Notes: generated by a model from the sequence alone, not told the origin. DNA of 64,000 nt from Octopus vulgaris (GCA_951406725.2 OX597824.1:52514001-52578000), one strand, 5' to 3'; counted from the stretch's first letter, positions 13,510 to 28,177 are shown. Numbers and translations are program-made.

Positions 13510-13965
13510 GTTATGCAGGAGGATGGAAAAGTAACGCTACTCTTGGGCTATGATTTTCAGACGGATCGTATAATCGAACACCGTCGGCCGGATATTGTCG
13601 TATTGAATAAGAGAGATAAATACTGTCAGATGTAGCCATACTAAATGACATGAATGTTGAGTAAAGAGGTTGACAAAATCACCAACTACTCCGAATTGAA
13701 AGTGGAAATGGCAAGACTGTGTGGAATGCGTGAGAGTAATGTAAAAGTGATACCAGTGGTGATCGGAGCGTTGGGCTTAACCCCATTGAAACTTCAAGAC
13801 TTCTTAAGACAACTGCAAATCCTATGCAAGATTGATGTCTTGCAAAAAACAACGTTATTGGGCACAGCACCATCTTTAGGAAAGTATTATCTGCCGAAGG
13901 TCCTTCTTGTGATGTGACAGATGAGTAAATACTCCGGGGCATTTTTACCTACACTATGTTACAAA
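13510..13965 (+). mobile_element. R4/Dong-type LINE 3' fragment, different family
   Basis: FQTDRIIEHRRPDIV, KEVDKITNYSELKVE, IPVVIGALG, LQKTTLLGTA; followed by (TAA)n. Confidence 0.8.
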
Positions 13966-13974
13966 GGAATAATG

Positions 13975-14055
<81 letters not shown>

Positions 14056-14079
14056 TTAATAATAATAATAATAATAATA

Positions 14080-16287
14080 AGCAGCATATTCCCTAATGAA
14101 CAGAAAGGATGTAAACGTGGATCCTACGGTTGTAAAGATCAACTACTCATCAATAAGATGATCTTAGAAGATTGTCACAAACGACACAAAAACTTATCAA
14201 TAGCCTGGATAGACTATAAAAAGGCTTTTGATAGCCTACCACATAGCTGGATTAATAAATGCCTAGAAATGTATAAGATAGCACCTGCTCTGCGAAACTT
14301 TTTGTCTGTAAGTATGAGATCATAGAGAACCACACTAACTTTGAACAGTGACAATGAATCTCTAAATGCTGGTGATGTAAAAATTTCATGTGGCATTTTC
14401 CAGGGTGACTCACTATCACCACTTCTCTTCTGTTTAGCCTTAATACCTCTCTCAAAACTGCTCAATGACGCGCAGTACGGATATAAAATGTTTGATAAAA
14501 ATATAAATCATCTCATTTACATGGATGATTTAAAGCTCTTTGCAAAAAATGACCAACAACTCAAGGGCTTACTAGCGATTGTCAAACAATTCAGTGATGA
14601 CATCAGAATGCAATTTGGCCTCGATAAATGCGCAAAAGCTACCTTTATCAAAGGAAAAATGACAGAAACATCTAACGTTAACCTTGACCAGCAGAATGTC
14701 ATAAAAGAATTAGACCCAGCAGAGAACTACAAGTATCTAGGGGTAATTGAAGGAGAAGGAATAAGGCATTCAGAGATGAAGGAAATGATCAGGAGAGAAT
14801 GCTGTCGCAGAGTAAGAGCAATACTCAAGACAGAGCTGAATGCGAGAAACAGGATCGAAGCGATCAATGCATTAGCCATACCAGTCGTGACTTACAGTTT
14901 CAGTATCGTTAACTGGTCAATTACTGAAATAAGTAATCTTGACAGAAAAATACGAAAACTGTTGACAATGCATAGAATGCACCACCCTAAGGCAGATACA
15001 GAACGACTTTATCTGCCAAGAAAAGAGGGAGGCCGTGGACTTTTACAACTGGCAATAACAATGAAGATTGCTACAATTGGCCTAGACACCTACCTGAAAA
15101 ACTCTGAGGACTGGATGTTAAAACTTGTCTCAAAACATGAAAACAAGAAAGCATCATACTCAGTAACAAAACAGGCAAAGGAATATCTAAGTGAATTCCG
15201 AATACAACAAATTTCGGAATTAGAGATAGACATACAAGAAACAGGCACAGAAAAAGCTAAGCGCATGAAAACCCGTGCTAAATCTGCGGCCTTAGATATT
15301 CTGAATGATAAATGGCAAGAAAAACCTCTAAATGGCAAATACCCAAAGAGAGCAAATAATGCAGATGTTGACAAAGCCCTGACCCATCAATGGCTAATGG
15401 CCTCTGGCTTAAAATCTGAAACAGAGGGGTTTATCATAGCAGCTCAAGATCAATGCCTACCAACAGGAAACTACCAGGCCAACATATTAAAGATCAGAAG
15501 CAGTCCAACGTGTCGTGTATGCAAGCAACAAAATGAAACCATTGACCATGTGGTCTCCAAGTGCAGTCTTCTTGCGCCTACAGAGTATCTCAACAGGCAC
15601 GATAGAGCTACACAATATATTCACTGGGTAATCTGTAAAAACCTGGATTTGCACCATGAAAAAAACGGGTGGGAACACAAACCACCCCCAGTGCTTGAAA
15701 AATGACCACATCTCACTCCTCTGGAACTTCGCCATTCAAACTGACAGAAAGATAGATGCAAATAGGCCAGACATCATATTGAAAGACTTCAAACAAAGAA
15801 CATGCCTCCTCATTGATATGACTGTCCCAATCGATATAAACGTATCTGTCAAGACCTACCAAAAACTGAGCAAATATAAAGATCTTGAAATAGAAATCAG
15901 CAAAATGTGGAAACTGAAGACTAAAACAATACCTGTTGTCATAGGTGCCCTGGGAATGATAGCAAAAGGGGCAGATAGCTACCTAACTCAGATACCAGGA
16001 AACCCAAAAATGGCAGAAATTCAAAAGATAGTGCCCGTGGGAACTGCTCATATCCTACGCAAAATACTTTCTATGTAATCTCAAGGTTTAAAACAAACAT
16101 AATTTTCGGTTTAAAAAAAAAAAAAAACTTTTTTTTTTAAACATTCATTAGTACAACACCCCACCCCCCAAATATATGGCACACTAGGCATAACAACAAC
16201 ATGAACTTCCAACCCTGTTGTCTCTTGAGGTCTCTGCGTGAGACTTGGAGCCAACTTGTACAAATATAAAGCAAAAGTCAAACATAG
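14080..16287 (+). mobile_element. R4/Dong-clade non-LTR retrotransposon, family A copy 1 (5'-truncated; RT + CCHC finger + RLE)
   Basis: [53 protein letters not shown]; stop at 14323 and frameshift at ~15703; (TAA)n on both sides. Confidence 0.93.
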
Positions 16288-16301
16288 AATAATAATAATA
16301 A

Positions 16302-16438
<137 letters not shown>

Positions 16439-16474
16439 ATTACAAATAATAATAATAATTATTGCAAATAATAA

Positions 16475-18107
16475 TTGCAAATGACAAACAGCTGGAAACA
16501 CTATTAAAGACAGTTCATGGATTTACCAAAGAAATAGATATGAAATTTGGATTAGAAAAATGCGCCAAAGTAACCATGAAAAGAGGAAAACTAGTTAAGA
16601 GTAACAACATCACACTAGATAAAACCAATGAAATAAAAGAATTAGACCAAAGCCAAACTTACAAATACTTAGGAATCCATGAACTAGATAAGACACAACA
16701 CACACAAATGAAAGAGAAAATAAAAAAAGAATATTATAGACGAGTTAGATCAATACTAAAAACAGAGCTCAATGCTAAAAACAAGATAATAAGGTATCAA
16801 CACTTTAGCTGTCCCAGTTACAGTGTTACAGCTACAATATCCTTAACTGGACACGAAATGAACTGTCCAAAATAGATAGGAAAACAAGAAAAATACTGAC
16901 AGGATTTAGGATGCATCACCCAAAATCTGACATAGAAAGACTATATATACAACGTATAGAAGGTGGTAGAGGCCTTATACAGCTGGAAAACTACTATAAA
17001 ATAACCACCATAGGACTGCAAAAATACCTACTTCAGAAGGAAGGAAAACTGATCCAGATAGCAGCAAAACACGAGCAAGACAAAAAACTGTTCTCAGTAT
17101 TTAAGGAAGCTGACAAATACAAACAAGAAATCATACCACCTAATAAACACAAAGAAGAAGAAGAAGATGATGAAGAAACAACAAAAGCTATAAAACAAAT
17201 GAAATCCAAACTAAAAATAGAACAGCAACGAGCCATGATAAAACGATGGCAAGAAAAGCCCCTTCATGGTAAATACTGCACTAAACTAAACGCAAAAGAA
17301 ATAGACAAAGAAAAATGCCAGCAATGGTTGAGAAGCTCAGGACTCAAAGCAGAAACAGAGGGATTTTTAATTGCAGCACAAGACCAAAGCCTCCCCACCA
17401 GAAATTACCAAAAACATATAATGAAAAGAAATATTACATGTAACTGCAGAATATGTGGAGATGGACAAGAAACAATAAATCATATTATCTCTAGCTGCCC
17501 AGTCCTGGCTAAGAAGGAATATATTCACAGACATGACAGAGTTGGAACCTACATACATTGGAAGCTATGCCAACATTATGGAATAACAACAGAAAAAAGA
17601 TGGTATAGGCACACACCAGAAAAGGTCACAGAAAACGAGAAAGCAACCATACTCTGGGATATGCCGATACACACAGATAGAGAAATTAAGGCCAACAGAC
17701 CAGATATAGTTGTCAGAGATCATGAAGAAAAAAATGCTTTCTAATTGATGTATCAATACCGGCAGATGACAACGTGTCTCTAAAAGAAATGGAGAAACTC
17801 TCAAAATACAAAGACCTGGAAATAGAGATAACTAGAATGTGGAACCTGAAAACAGAAACAATTCCTATCATAGTAGGCGCATTAGGCATGATAAAAAAAT
17901 ATTCAGACAAATACATAACAAAAACACCAGGACTTACAAACACATATAACATACAGAAAATTGCACTACTAGGCACTGCACACATCCTACGCAGAACACT
18001 TTCCATACAATAACCATCAGAGCATCACAACAAATCACAGCACATACCCAAGGCACACAGAGCTGCGCTCGGTAGTGAAGTGAAAGCACGCTATAAAAAT
18101 AAAACTA

Positions 18108-18110
<3 letters not shown>
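16475..18110 (+). mobile_element. R4/Dong-clade LINE, family B copy 1 (5'-truncated)
   Basis: MKFGLEKCAK, YKYLG, CRIC..ETINHIISSC, RHD, NRPD; frameshifts; ends aaaataaaactactg+(AAT)n. Confidence 0.93.
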
Positions 18111-18196
<86 letters not shown>

Positions 18197-18230
18197 TGAT
18201 GACGACGACGACGACGACGATGATGATGAT

Positions 18231-19690
18231 GGAATGTTATCGCAGGGTGAGAGCAATACTAAAGACAACTGAATGCGAGAAACAGGATCGAAGCGATCAA
18301 TTCTTTAGCCATACCAGTCGCGACTTAGTTTCAATATCATTAACTTGTCAATTACCGAAATATGTAACCTTGACAGTAATATACGAAAACCGTTGACAAT
18401 GCATAGAATGCACCACCCTAAGGCAGATATAGATCGAATTTATCTGCCAAGAAAAGGGAGGCTGTGGACTTTTACAACTGGTAATAACAATGAAGATTGC
18501 CATAATCGGCCTGGACATCTACCTGAAAAACTCTGAGGACTGGATGTTAAAACTTGTCTCAGAACAAGAAAACAAGGAAGCATCATACTCAAGTAACAAA
18601 ACAGGCAAAGGAATATCTAAGTGTATTCCGAATACAACAAATCCCAGAATTAGACGTACTAGAAACAAGCGCAGAAAAAGCTAAGCGCATGAAAATCCGT
18701 GCTAAAACTGCTGCCTTAGATATTCTGAATGATAAATGGCAAGAAAAACCTCTAAATGGCAAATACCCAAAGAGAGCGAATAATGCAGATGTTGACAAAC
18801 CCCTTACCCATCAATGGCTAATGGCTTCTGGCTTAAAATCAGAAACAGAGGTGTTTCTCATAGCAGCTCAAGATCAATGCCTACCAACAAGGAACTACCA
18901 TGCTAACATATTAAAGAACGGTAGCTTCCCAACATGTTGTGTATGTCAACAACAAAATGGAACCATTGATCATGTTGTCTCCATATGCAGTCTTCTAGCG
19001 CCTATAGAATATCTCAACAGGCATGATAGAGCTGCACAATATATTCACTGGGTAATTTGCAGAAACTTGGACTTGCCCCATGGTAAAAACTTGTGGGAAC
19101 ACAAACCACCTCCAGTGCTTAAAAATGGTCACATCTAACTCCACTGGAACTTCACCATTCAAACTGACAAAAAGATAGATGCAAATAGGCCAGACATCAT
19201 ATTGAAAGACTTCAAGACAAATATCATGGCTCCTCATTGATAGGATTGTCCCAATCGATATAAACGTATCTGTCAATACTTACCAAACTGAGTAAGTATA
19301 AAGATCTTGAAATAGAAATTAGCAAAATATGGAACCTGAAGACTAAAACAATACCTGTTTTCATAGGTGCTCTAGGAATGATAGCAAAAGCGGCTGGTTG
19401 CTACCTAACTCAGATACCAGGAAACCCCAAAATGGCAGAAATTCAAGAGATAGTACTCATGGGAACTGCCCATATCCTACGTAAAATACTGTCTATGAAT
19501 CTCAAATTTTAAAACAAACATAATTTTCTTATGGTTTCTTAAACATTCTCTAGAACAACACTATGTACAAAACCTAATGTATGGCACCCTAAGCATAACA
19601 CCGACATGAACTTCTAAGTTGTTGTCTTTTAAGGTCTCTGGGTGAGACTTGGAGCCAATTTGTACAAATGCAAATCAAAAGTCAAACATA
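18231..19690 (+). mobile_element. R4/Dong-clade LINE, family A copy 2
   Basis: Colinear with 14797-16287 including the 3' UTR; more decayed. Confidence 0.92.
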
Positions 19691-19764
19691 AAATAATAAT
19701 AATAATAATAATAATAATAAGGAAAAGAAGATAGGAAAGCAAGAAAACAAAAAACAAACAAAAA

Positions 19765-20941
19765 CAAGAAAATAATGACAGGATCTAGGATGCATCACCC
19801 AAAATCTGACATAGAAAGGCTATATATACAACGTATAGAAGGTAGTAGAGGCCTTATACAGCTGGAAAACTACTATAAAATAACCACCATAGGACTGCAA
19901 AAATAGTTACTTCAGAAGGAAGGAAAACTGATACAAATAGCGGCAAAACACGTGCAAAAACAAAAAACTGTTCTCAGTATTTAAGGAAGCTGACAAATAC
20001 AAACAAGAAATCATATCACCTAACAAATATGAAGAAACAACAAAAGCTATAAAACAAATGAAATCCAAACTAAAGCTAGAACAGCAATGAACCATGATAA
20101 AAAGATGCCAAGAAAAACCCTTCATGGCAAAAAAGAAATAGACAAAGAAAAATCCCAGCAATGGTTGAGAAGTTCAGGACTCAAAGCAGAGACAGGGGGA
20201 TTTTTAATTGAAGCACAAGACCTCCCCACCAGAAAGTACCAAAAACTTGTAATGAAAAGAAATATAACAAGTAACTGCAGAATATGTGGAGATGAACAAG
20301 AAACAATAAATCATATTATCTCTGGCTACCCAGTGCTGGCTAAGAAGGAATATATTCACAGATGCGACAGAGTTGGGACCTACATACACTGGAAGCTATG
20401 CCAACATTATGGAATAACAACAGAAAAATGATGGTATAGGCACACACCAAAAAAGGTCACAGAAAACGAGAAAGCAACCATACTCTGGGATATGCCAATA
20501 CACACAGATAGAGAAATTAAGGCCAACAGACCAGATATAGTTGTCAGAGATCATGAAGAAAAAAATGCTTTCTATTTGATGTATCAATACCAGCAGATGA
20601 CAACGTGTCTCTAAAAGAAATGGAGAAACTTTCAAAATACAAATACCCGGAAATAGAGGTAACTAGAATGTGGAATCTGAAAACAGAAACAATTCCTATC
20701 ATAGTAGGTGCATTAGGCATGATAAAAAAATATTCAGACAAATACATAACAAAAACACCAGGACTTACAAGCACATATAACATACAGAAAATTGCACTAC
20801 TAGGCACTGCACACATCCTACGCAGAACACATTCCATACAATAACCATCAGAGCATCACAACAAATCACAGCACATACCCAAGGCACACAGAGCTGCGCT
20901 CGGTAGTGAAGTGAAAGCACGCTATAAAAATAAAACTACTG
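19765..20941 (+). mobile_element. R4/Dong-clade LINE, family B copy 2
   Basis: Colinear with ~16885-18110, with a near-identical 3' UTR. Confidence 0.92.
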
Positions 20942-20959
20942 AATAATAATAATAATAAA

Positions 20960-21565
20960 TGCCCTGATGCAGTAAATGCCTTGATGCAGTAAATGCGCTG
21001 ATGCAGTAAATGCGATGATGCAGTACCAGGCAGTGGCTCTCATGGCTTCTGATCTTAACTGATTGGAAGTGTTATCATGTACATTGTTTTGTCTTGGTAT
21101 AAAAGATGGGCTACAGCAAATATTCTGCTCAATACCACAGATTTGCTTGTCAGTTGTTTGACCTTAACCAGTTGAGCATGTCCCTTAGTGGCTGACGATA
21201 TGTGCATCTCTGATCACGAGCAGAAGTAGTGGAGGAGCATCATAGCCATGTGTTGAGAGGGATTCTGTGGGGTTTGAATATTTCACCTTTGGAAACATGG
21301 GTGGTTCTTTCAACATCCTTAAACAACCCTTATTCAGGGACCTTTTGAGCGGGATGGGCTACTCAACCTGAAGAAATTTCTAACTGGGCCCCACCTGCAA
21401 CGTCATGTGCCGTTTATCTTGATATGAGATCACCATGTCGCGCACATATTGTTGTGATGCATGTGCCTGGTGTACCCTTATCAGACGGGTAGTCATGATG
21501 GGTATATTGGGCTTCATATATTTTACCCCAGTGTCATTTTGATGGCATGAACTGCTCTCTCACTC
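20960..21565 (-). mobile_element. Unclassified ~555-bp non-coding interspersed element, copy 1
   Basis: Close match to 42795-43349 and 43374-43928; flanked by (TAA)n; the left end carries 4 copies of a 17-bp unit. Strand is inferred. Confidence 0.85.
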
Positions 21566-21584
21566 AATAATAATAATAATAATA

Positions 21585-21627
<43 letters not shown>

Positions 21628-22189
21628 TTTGTAGGAGGAGGAGGAGGAGGAGGAGGAGGAGGGAAGAAAAAAGAAAAAGAATCATTTCTAAAGTATTTAG
21701 AGTCAATTGTCTTGTATCTATGATCTTTTAGCTGATATTCTACTTTGCGCTGTCTTTGTAAATTCTCGTTGGTTGTCTTATTTCTCGGTTCTCTTTTCTC
21801 TTTCCTTTATGAATAATTTCTTTTCATTCTTTGTCCTTTGCTTTGTCATAGTGAATCTCTCTGTCTTCTATTCTTTCTTTTTCATCACATTATGTTTTGT
21901 TATGCAAAACTATGGGATATATAATTTCTTTCATCCTTGCACTGAACTTTACTTCTATCAAACTCTCAACTTACTCCAATACCTTACCTCAAGCAATGTT
22001 AATTGTACATACTGAGATTTGTAGATTCAGTAGGAAGCGGATGTCTTGGGTTGAAACTACAGAATTTCTGTTTAACTTATTCCTTAAACTTTCAGAATAA
22101 CTTTTTTTTTGTCTTTGCCTAATTTTATCTATCTCTCTGTTTTGTTTTGTTTCTTTCTTTCTTTTACTGGTTAACATTGACCTGAATAT

Positions 22190-22520
22190 CAGGCGTGGCT
22201 ATATGGTAAGAGGTAAGAAGTTTGCTACCCAATCACATGTTTCCGGGGTCAGTCCCACTATGCAGTTTCTTGGGCAAGTATTTTCTGCTATAGCCACGAG
22301 CCGATCAAAGCCTTGTGATTGAATTTTGATAGACGGAAAGTGAAAGAAGCCCGTCGTTTATAAATGTTTGTGTGAGTGCGCGCGCGTATGTGTATGTTCC
22401 CTACCACCGTTTTACAACTGGAGTTTGTGTGTTTACATCGTCGTAACTTAGTGGTTCGGCAAAAAAGACCGATAGAAGAAGTGCCAGGCTTTAAATAGTA
22501 TAAGTACTGAGGTCGATTCT
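22190..22520 (+). mobile_element. SINE family I
   Basis: AGGCGTGGCTATATGGTAAG head, GGGTCAGTCCC box, and body matching other copies. Confidence 0.85.
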
Positions 22521-22951
22521 TATGATTTCTTTCATCCATGAATTAAACTTTACTTCTATCAAACTCTCAGCTTACTACAATATCTTATCTCAAGCAATGT
22601 CAATTGTATAAACTGCGATTTCTTGGTTCAGTGGTATAGCCGCAGTTTAATGACTAAACAAGTAAAAGATAAAAAGTACATCCATCTATCTGTAGATAAA
22701 TTGACAGATAGAGAGAGAGACAGACAGACAGAAAAGACAGAAAAGACAGATAGACAGAGCTCAATTGTATATAACGAAATAAACACGAGTTTATTTTCAG
22801 AATTAATTTGAAAAATTCATAGATCGACACCGATGGTCTTCAAATTGACTTTTACTGAATATCTGGGTGTTGTATTTGGAAAGTTCCTCTGCAAGTCGCT
22901 GGCCAGGACAAGGTTTTGTGTTAATAGTTGACTAGTATTTCCCCATGCATG

Positions 22952-22991
<40 letters not shown>

Positions 22992-24279
22992 GTCATTGAT
23001 CGTCAAAAGTCGATCAATGACCGATTGGTTTGGCATCATTATATTCACAAACGTTGCCGTCAGAACACTAAAAAAGCGAAGGAAATGCGGTAAGGTAGTT
23101 CGCCTTCCCTCTAACAATTCCGTCAATCTACTTTACTTCACCAATACTTTATTTACCGATTCCAAAAAGTTAAAATTCTTCATTGATTTTGAGCTCAGAA
23201 AACCGGAACAAATACAAGGAATTCGTTCCCATGTTCTAACCACTGAGCTAATCAGTTATCTTTACTACTCTTTATACACACAAAACAATATCCAGTAAAA
23301 TATTGAGCTATGTATGTATGTCTACACATATCCACACAAAAAAACGTATTTTTGCGTGTGTTTGCAAACATGTGATTATTTGTGGGTTGGATTGATCACA
23401 AATGAGAAAAATTGAAAAATGTTGCTTTGCTGGCATTTATATATCTGAGATAATCCTTCTTGACTTTCCAGCTTATAAAGAAACTATTTCCATCCCTGAC
23501 TCCGAGTGGTTTATGTCTAGGCAAGACGCACTATTAAATACCTTGGATTTGTAATTTACAAAACTGCCAGCTAGTTGAGGGAAAAGCTTCTGCTTTTAGT
23601 TGCAGCCCATTGCGCTCTCAGTTCAAGTACTGCAGTAGTCGACTTTGGTTTTCATCTTTCTAGCTGCTCGATAAAATAAGGTACTAGTCCCGTCCTGGAG
23701 TTGATTTAATCGAGTAAAAATTGATTGTTTAATTTGAGGCAATGTACTTATATTAGAGATTGATATTTATAATAGATGTGATTAGGAAACACCTAACCAG
23801 CTGAATTTTCAGTCCATGCTGATTTTCCTATCAAGCCAATTCATTTCACCCACGCTTTATATCCGTTTCAAAATCAGATAAATATTGTAAAGTCTCATTT
23901 TTCCACGTAATAAATATGTGTCCTTGCGCGCCTAATAATGATAGATTTTTTAATTATTACTTTTATAGCATCGCATCGAAGTAAAATTCTGACTGAATCA
24001 CCGTAAGTTTCTTATCTCCAGCATTTAGACAAAATCTTTATTGGGAGACAAATTCATTGCGAAATAGCTTGCAAGCAGACAGACAAACTCTTCATTGTGA
24101 AATACCTTGGCAGACTGATCCACTTACTCTCATTCTACCTCTCTTTGTGTAGTACTTCTATTTCATGAAGTATACAAATGAAACTGAATATTGTGTGGAG
24201 CTGCTATCAGATACAAAATTGTCCCACTATGCGAATAATGCCTTAGGAGGATGCCTTATCTGTTATCAGTCATCACTGA

Positions 24280-24720
24280 CTTCCTATTAGTAGACTTAAC
24301 CAAGATTACAACTGGAACTATTATACTCTTTATATTAGAACAATATGACGTTCTTTACATGACAACTTCAATCAAATTATGATCTCCCTTCTACCATTCA
24401 ATTTCCATCTCAGACACAGCATTATGTTAACCATCAATTTCTGTTTTTAATTTTTCCTATATGACAAATGACTCTTTTCGAACGTCGATATAGCTTCCTT
24501 CCCATTTCTCCACAGTGCAATTACAATGACTTTCCCTTGACGCAGACGCAACAAAATTACTACTGGATTTATATTTTTATTGGATCTGCAATATCCCCCT
24601 TTCTAAAGGTAAAGCGGAGTATATCGCATATCTAGCATATCATTATCGAATGTGCCCTTCGTTTTGTCGGTTGTGATTTAATAGAGATTTGTCAGCTCTT
24701 TCTGGAACCTTCTCTAACGA
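24280..24720 (-). pseudogene. Ancient LINE RT remnant
   Basis: Minus strand PLY..KGDIADP..Y resembles RT domain 1 (KKGD..D..NYRPI); heavily decayed. Confidence 0.35.
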
Positions 24721-25199
24721 CACTGTATTGCAGAAACTGGAAAATTAATGAACGCTCTTTTAAACGTCGATAATATTTTTTAAGAAAGGGGAAATGAATA
24801 GAAAGTAACAAAAATTCCAGTTTCATTATAACTCTATTGATTTATTATTTGAGATTTTAACACCAATAACAGCACGTATAGCGGTATTCGCCGCAAAAAA
24901 AATACCCACTAAACTAAACCATGTTTAAAAATATTGTTGCTGTCTACATAAAAAAAAACAGATACTTAGCCAGACAAACCTATATGAGCTTACATATATT
25001 TACCTAAATATAGATGTTCCCACATAGACAAAGAAGCATGCACACATGCACAAATATACATACATAAACTTATATGTATATGTATGTGTAGTATGTATTT
25101 GTACACACACACTTACACACACACACACACACACTCACGTACATACACACACACACATACATATACATGCATTTTATATGGTGACTTCTCCATCACAGA

Positions 25200-25680
25200 T
25201 GATTGCTATCTCTTTGCGCTTCCTCGTTGTCAATCGCATTTCTGACTTTCTGCCCATGACCTCTCAAATGACTATTCGGTCTCACTGCAGCTCTGTATGA
25301 CATGAAGCATAGGTGACTAACAAAAGATGTAACCTACTGTTCGCTTCCAGCTGGTTAGGTCTGCATAGTTGTCACGCTTCCATTGTCATAGGATATTCAG
25401 TAACTGGATTGACAAAAGAGGTCACCACAAAAAGATATCTGTACGTCATTGAGGTATAGTAATAAATGCTGAGTCACCGTGATTATTACCTAGTGACAGA
25501 CAGAGGCGAGAGGACCAGTAATCAAGTGAAAACACAAGTTTTACGTCAGAATGTCCCTCTCCTGAAAGATCCTGTGACAACAGTTAGGCGTCCCTCACTG
25601 CCGGTGGTTTTACTGTGTGCCCTGGCACCAACCAATGTTATTTCTGCGTCCCCGTGCTCATGCGGTTTATCATCACATAC
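25200..25680 (+). pseudogene. Ancient RTE-like LINE 3' remnant
   Basis: LY..EA*VT resembles LYGxEAW; RFHCHRIFSNWID resembles the RTE C-terminal region. Confidence 0.3.
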
Positions 25681-26395
25681 GCTAGTTAACCATAGCTGTG
25701 ACACTGACATGTGTTATTTTCCGAGTCAGAGTAGACCTGAGAGCAATAATGGCTAAATAGTGGTTCCACACTCGGCTAAGCCCGGGCACTACTAAACCAG
25801 AGTACCATTTCCGGGTGAAAATTGCGTCAAACATGATGGTTGACAACTGGTAGACAAGTACGACATTATTGGACATAAAAAAACCCATATTGGCCGCAGT
25901 CAAATGACTGAAACAAGTATAAGAATAAAAGAGTATATGTATAAATGTACATATATAAACATATATTTATACATATATATACACATATATACATATATAT
26001 ATACACATATATACATATATGTGCGTGTGCGCGCGCGCGTCTGTATGTGAAAGTACTAAGGGTAAAAAATTTAGAAAAAATTTCATACCGGTGTCTAGCA
26101 TACGTAATAAAGTTAATAAACAACATATTTTCATATAAAATAGTGCATAAAAAATTTACGTATATATATACGAAAGAGGTGACATTTGACAGGACACCTT
26201 GAATGATAGAGAGGGCACTTACAGCCCAAAACACGAATAAGACCAATTTCAAAGGGAATGAAAATAAAAGAATGTGTTTGTAGTTATTCTCAGACTCGAG
26301 TTTCTGTATCAATGTGCAAAATAAATTAGTTTGCTATCCGTACTTCTTCAGTAGGGCCGCTAAAATAAGAGTAGTTTCAGAGGGAATGAATATAC

Positions 26396-27020
<625 letters not shown>

Positions 27021-27089
27021 CTTCACCAAAAGCAACGGTAGGTGGCAGCACCAACAGTCTGCAGTTACATTTTCTAGTATACACACACA

Positions 27090-27187
<98 letters not shown>

Positions 27188-27194
27188 TAGATAG

Positions 27195-27439
27195 ATACTA
27201 AGTAATTAAGGGTTTAGCAACGAATTGCCTCACCAACACACCGAATTTAGAAATAGCAGTCAAAGAGATATAGCTATTCCTTCTACTAAAAGGGGGATCT
27301 CAGTAAAAACACAGCACTTGAAAGGCTTTACTGAGATCCCCCTTTTAGTAGAAGGAATAGCTATATCTCTTTGACTGCTATTTCTAAATTCGGTGTGTTG
27401 GTGAGGCAATTCGTTGCTAAACCCTTAATTACTTAGTAT
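27195..27439. repeat. Perfect 113-bp inverted repeat with 19-nt loop
   Basis: 27195-27307 is the exact reverse complement of 27327-27439 by manual comparison. Confidence 0.95.
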
Positions 27440-27535
27440 TACTTAAATTTTCCTCGAATGGGGCTTTTACATGCCGAAATCTACTTGGTGTAATTGATAA
27501 TTATTCCAAATTAATTAATTTCACCCTTTATTATT

Positions 27536-27606
<71 letters not shown>

Positions 27607-27728
27607 TACATATACGTATATGTATGTATATATATAATTAAGAGAAATAACCTTTTAGTAGTTCAATAGTGAAAGACTTTATTATCACATACAAAAATTT
27701 ATATACACTATAATGAATATTGTTTAAA

Positions 27729-28102
27729 AAATCACTAAATTAAATAGACATTAAATTGACTACGCCCGTTTCGTGACTATATCTTTAAATCGATAATAAT
27801 AAAATCGATACTATTAACTAACTGGAAATCTTCAATAAGATAAGTTATGATTTAATTTTTCATTAATATTGTTATATTTTATTCGATTATTTATGGTGAA
27901 GATACGAATTTTTCTATATTTATTTATTATATGTTAAGATACATTTATTTTATTATTATTTAGACCTAAAGAGTTGCTATATTTTTAAATCGAATTAATT
28001 CTAAATCGCGTTAATCTTAATAGTATCGATTTTATTATTATCGATTTAAAGATATTGTCACGAAACGCACGTAGTCTTAACGTTTATTTAATTTAGTGAT
28101 TT
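27729..28102. repeat. Imperfect ~88-bp inverted repeat overlapping a hammerhead-like motif
   Basis: Arms at 27729-27817 and 28017-28102. Confidence 0.85.
27962..28077 (+). ncRNA. Hammerhead-like motif with extended stem II (G5A core change)
   Basis: AGAC-CUAAAGA-[~21-bp stem II]-GAAA-CGCACG-UA-GUCU. Confidence 0.6.
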
Positions 28103-28134
28103 CTGTTATGATAACTTACTGATTTGTTCTATAC

Positions 28135-28177
<43 letters not shown>

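Noticed and set aside
14341-15705. 454-aa ORF as a host gene or active RT
   Set aside because: It is an internal segment of a 5'-truncated Dong LINE, bounded by a stop and a frameshift
20960-21030. CRISPR-like array
   Set aside because: Contiguous 17-bp tandem units with no spacers, in a eukaryotic context with no cas genes
21045-21070. Short resemblance of the 555-bp element (minus strand) to U2 snRNA
   Set aside because: Only ~20 nt with mismatches; no U2 5' end or Sm site
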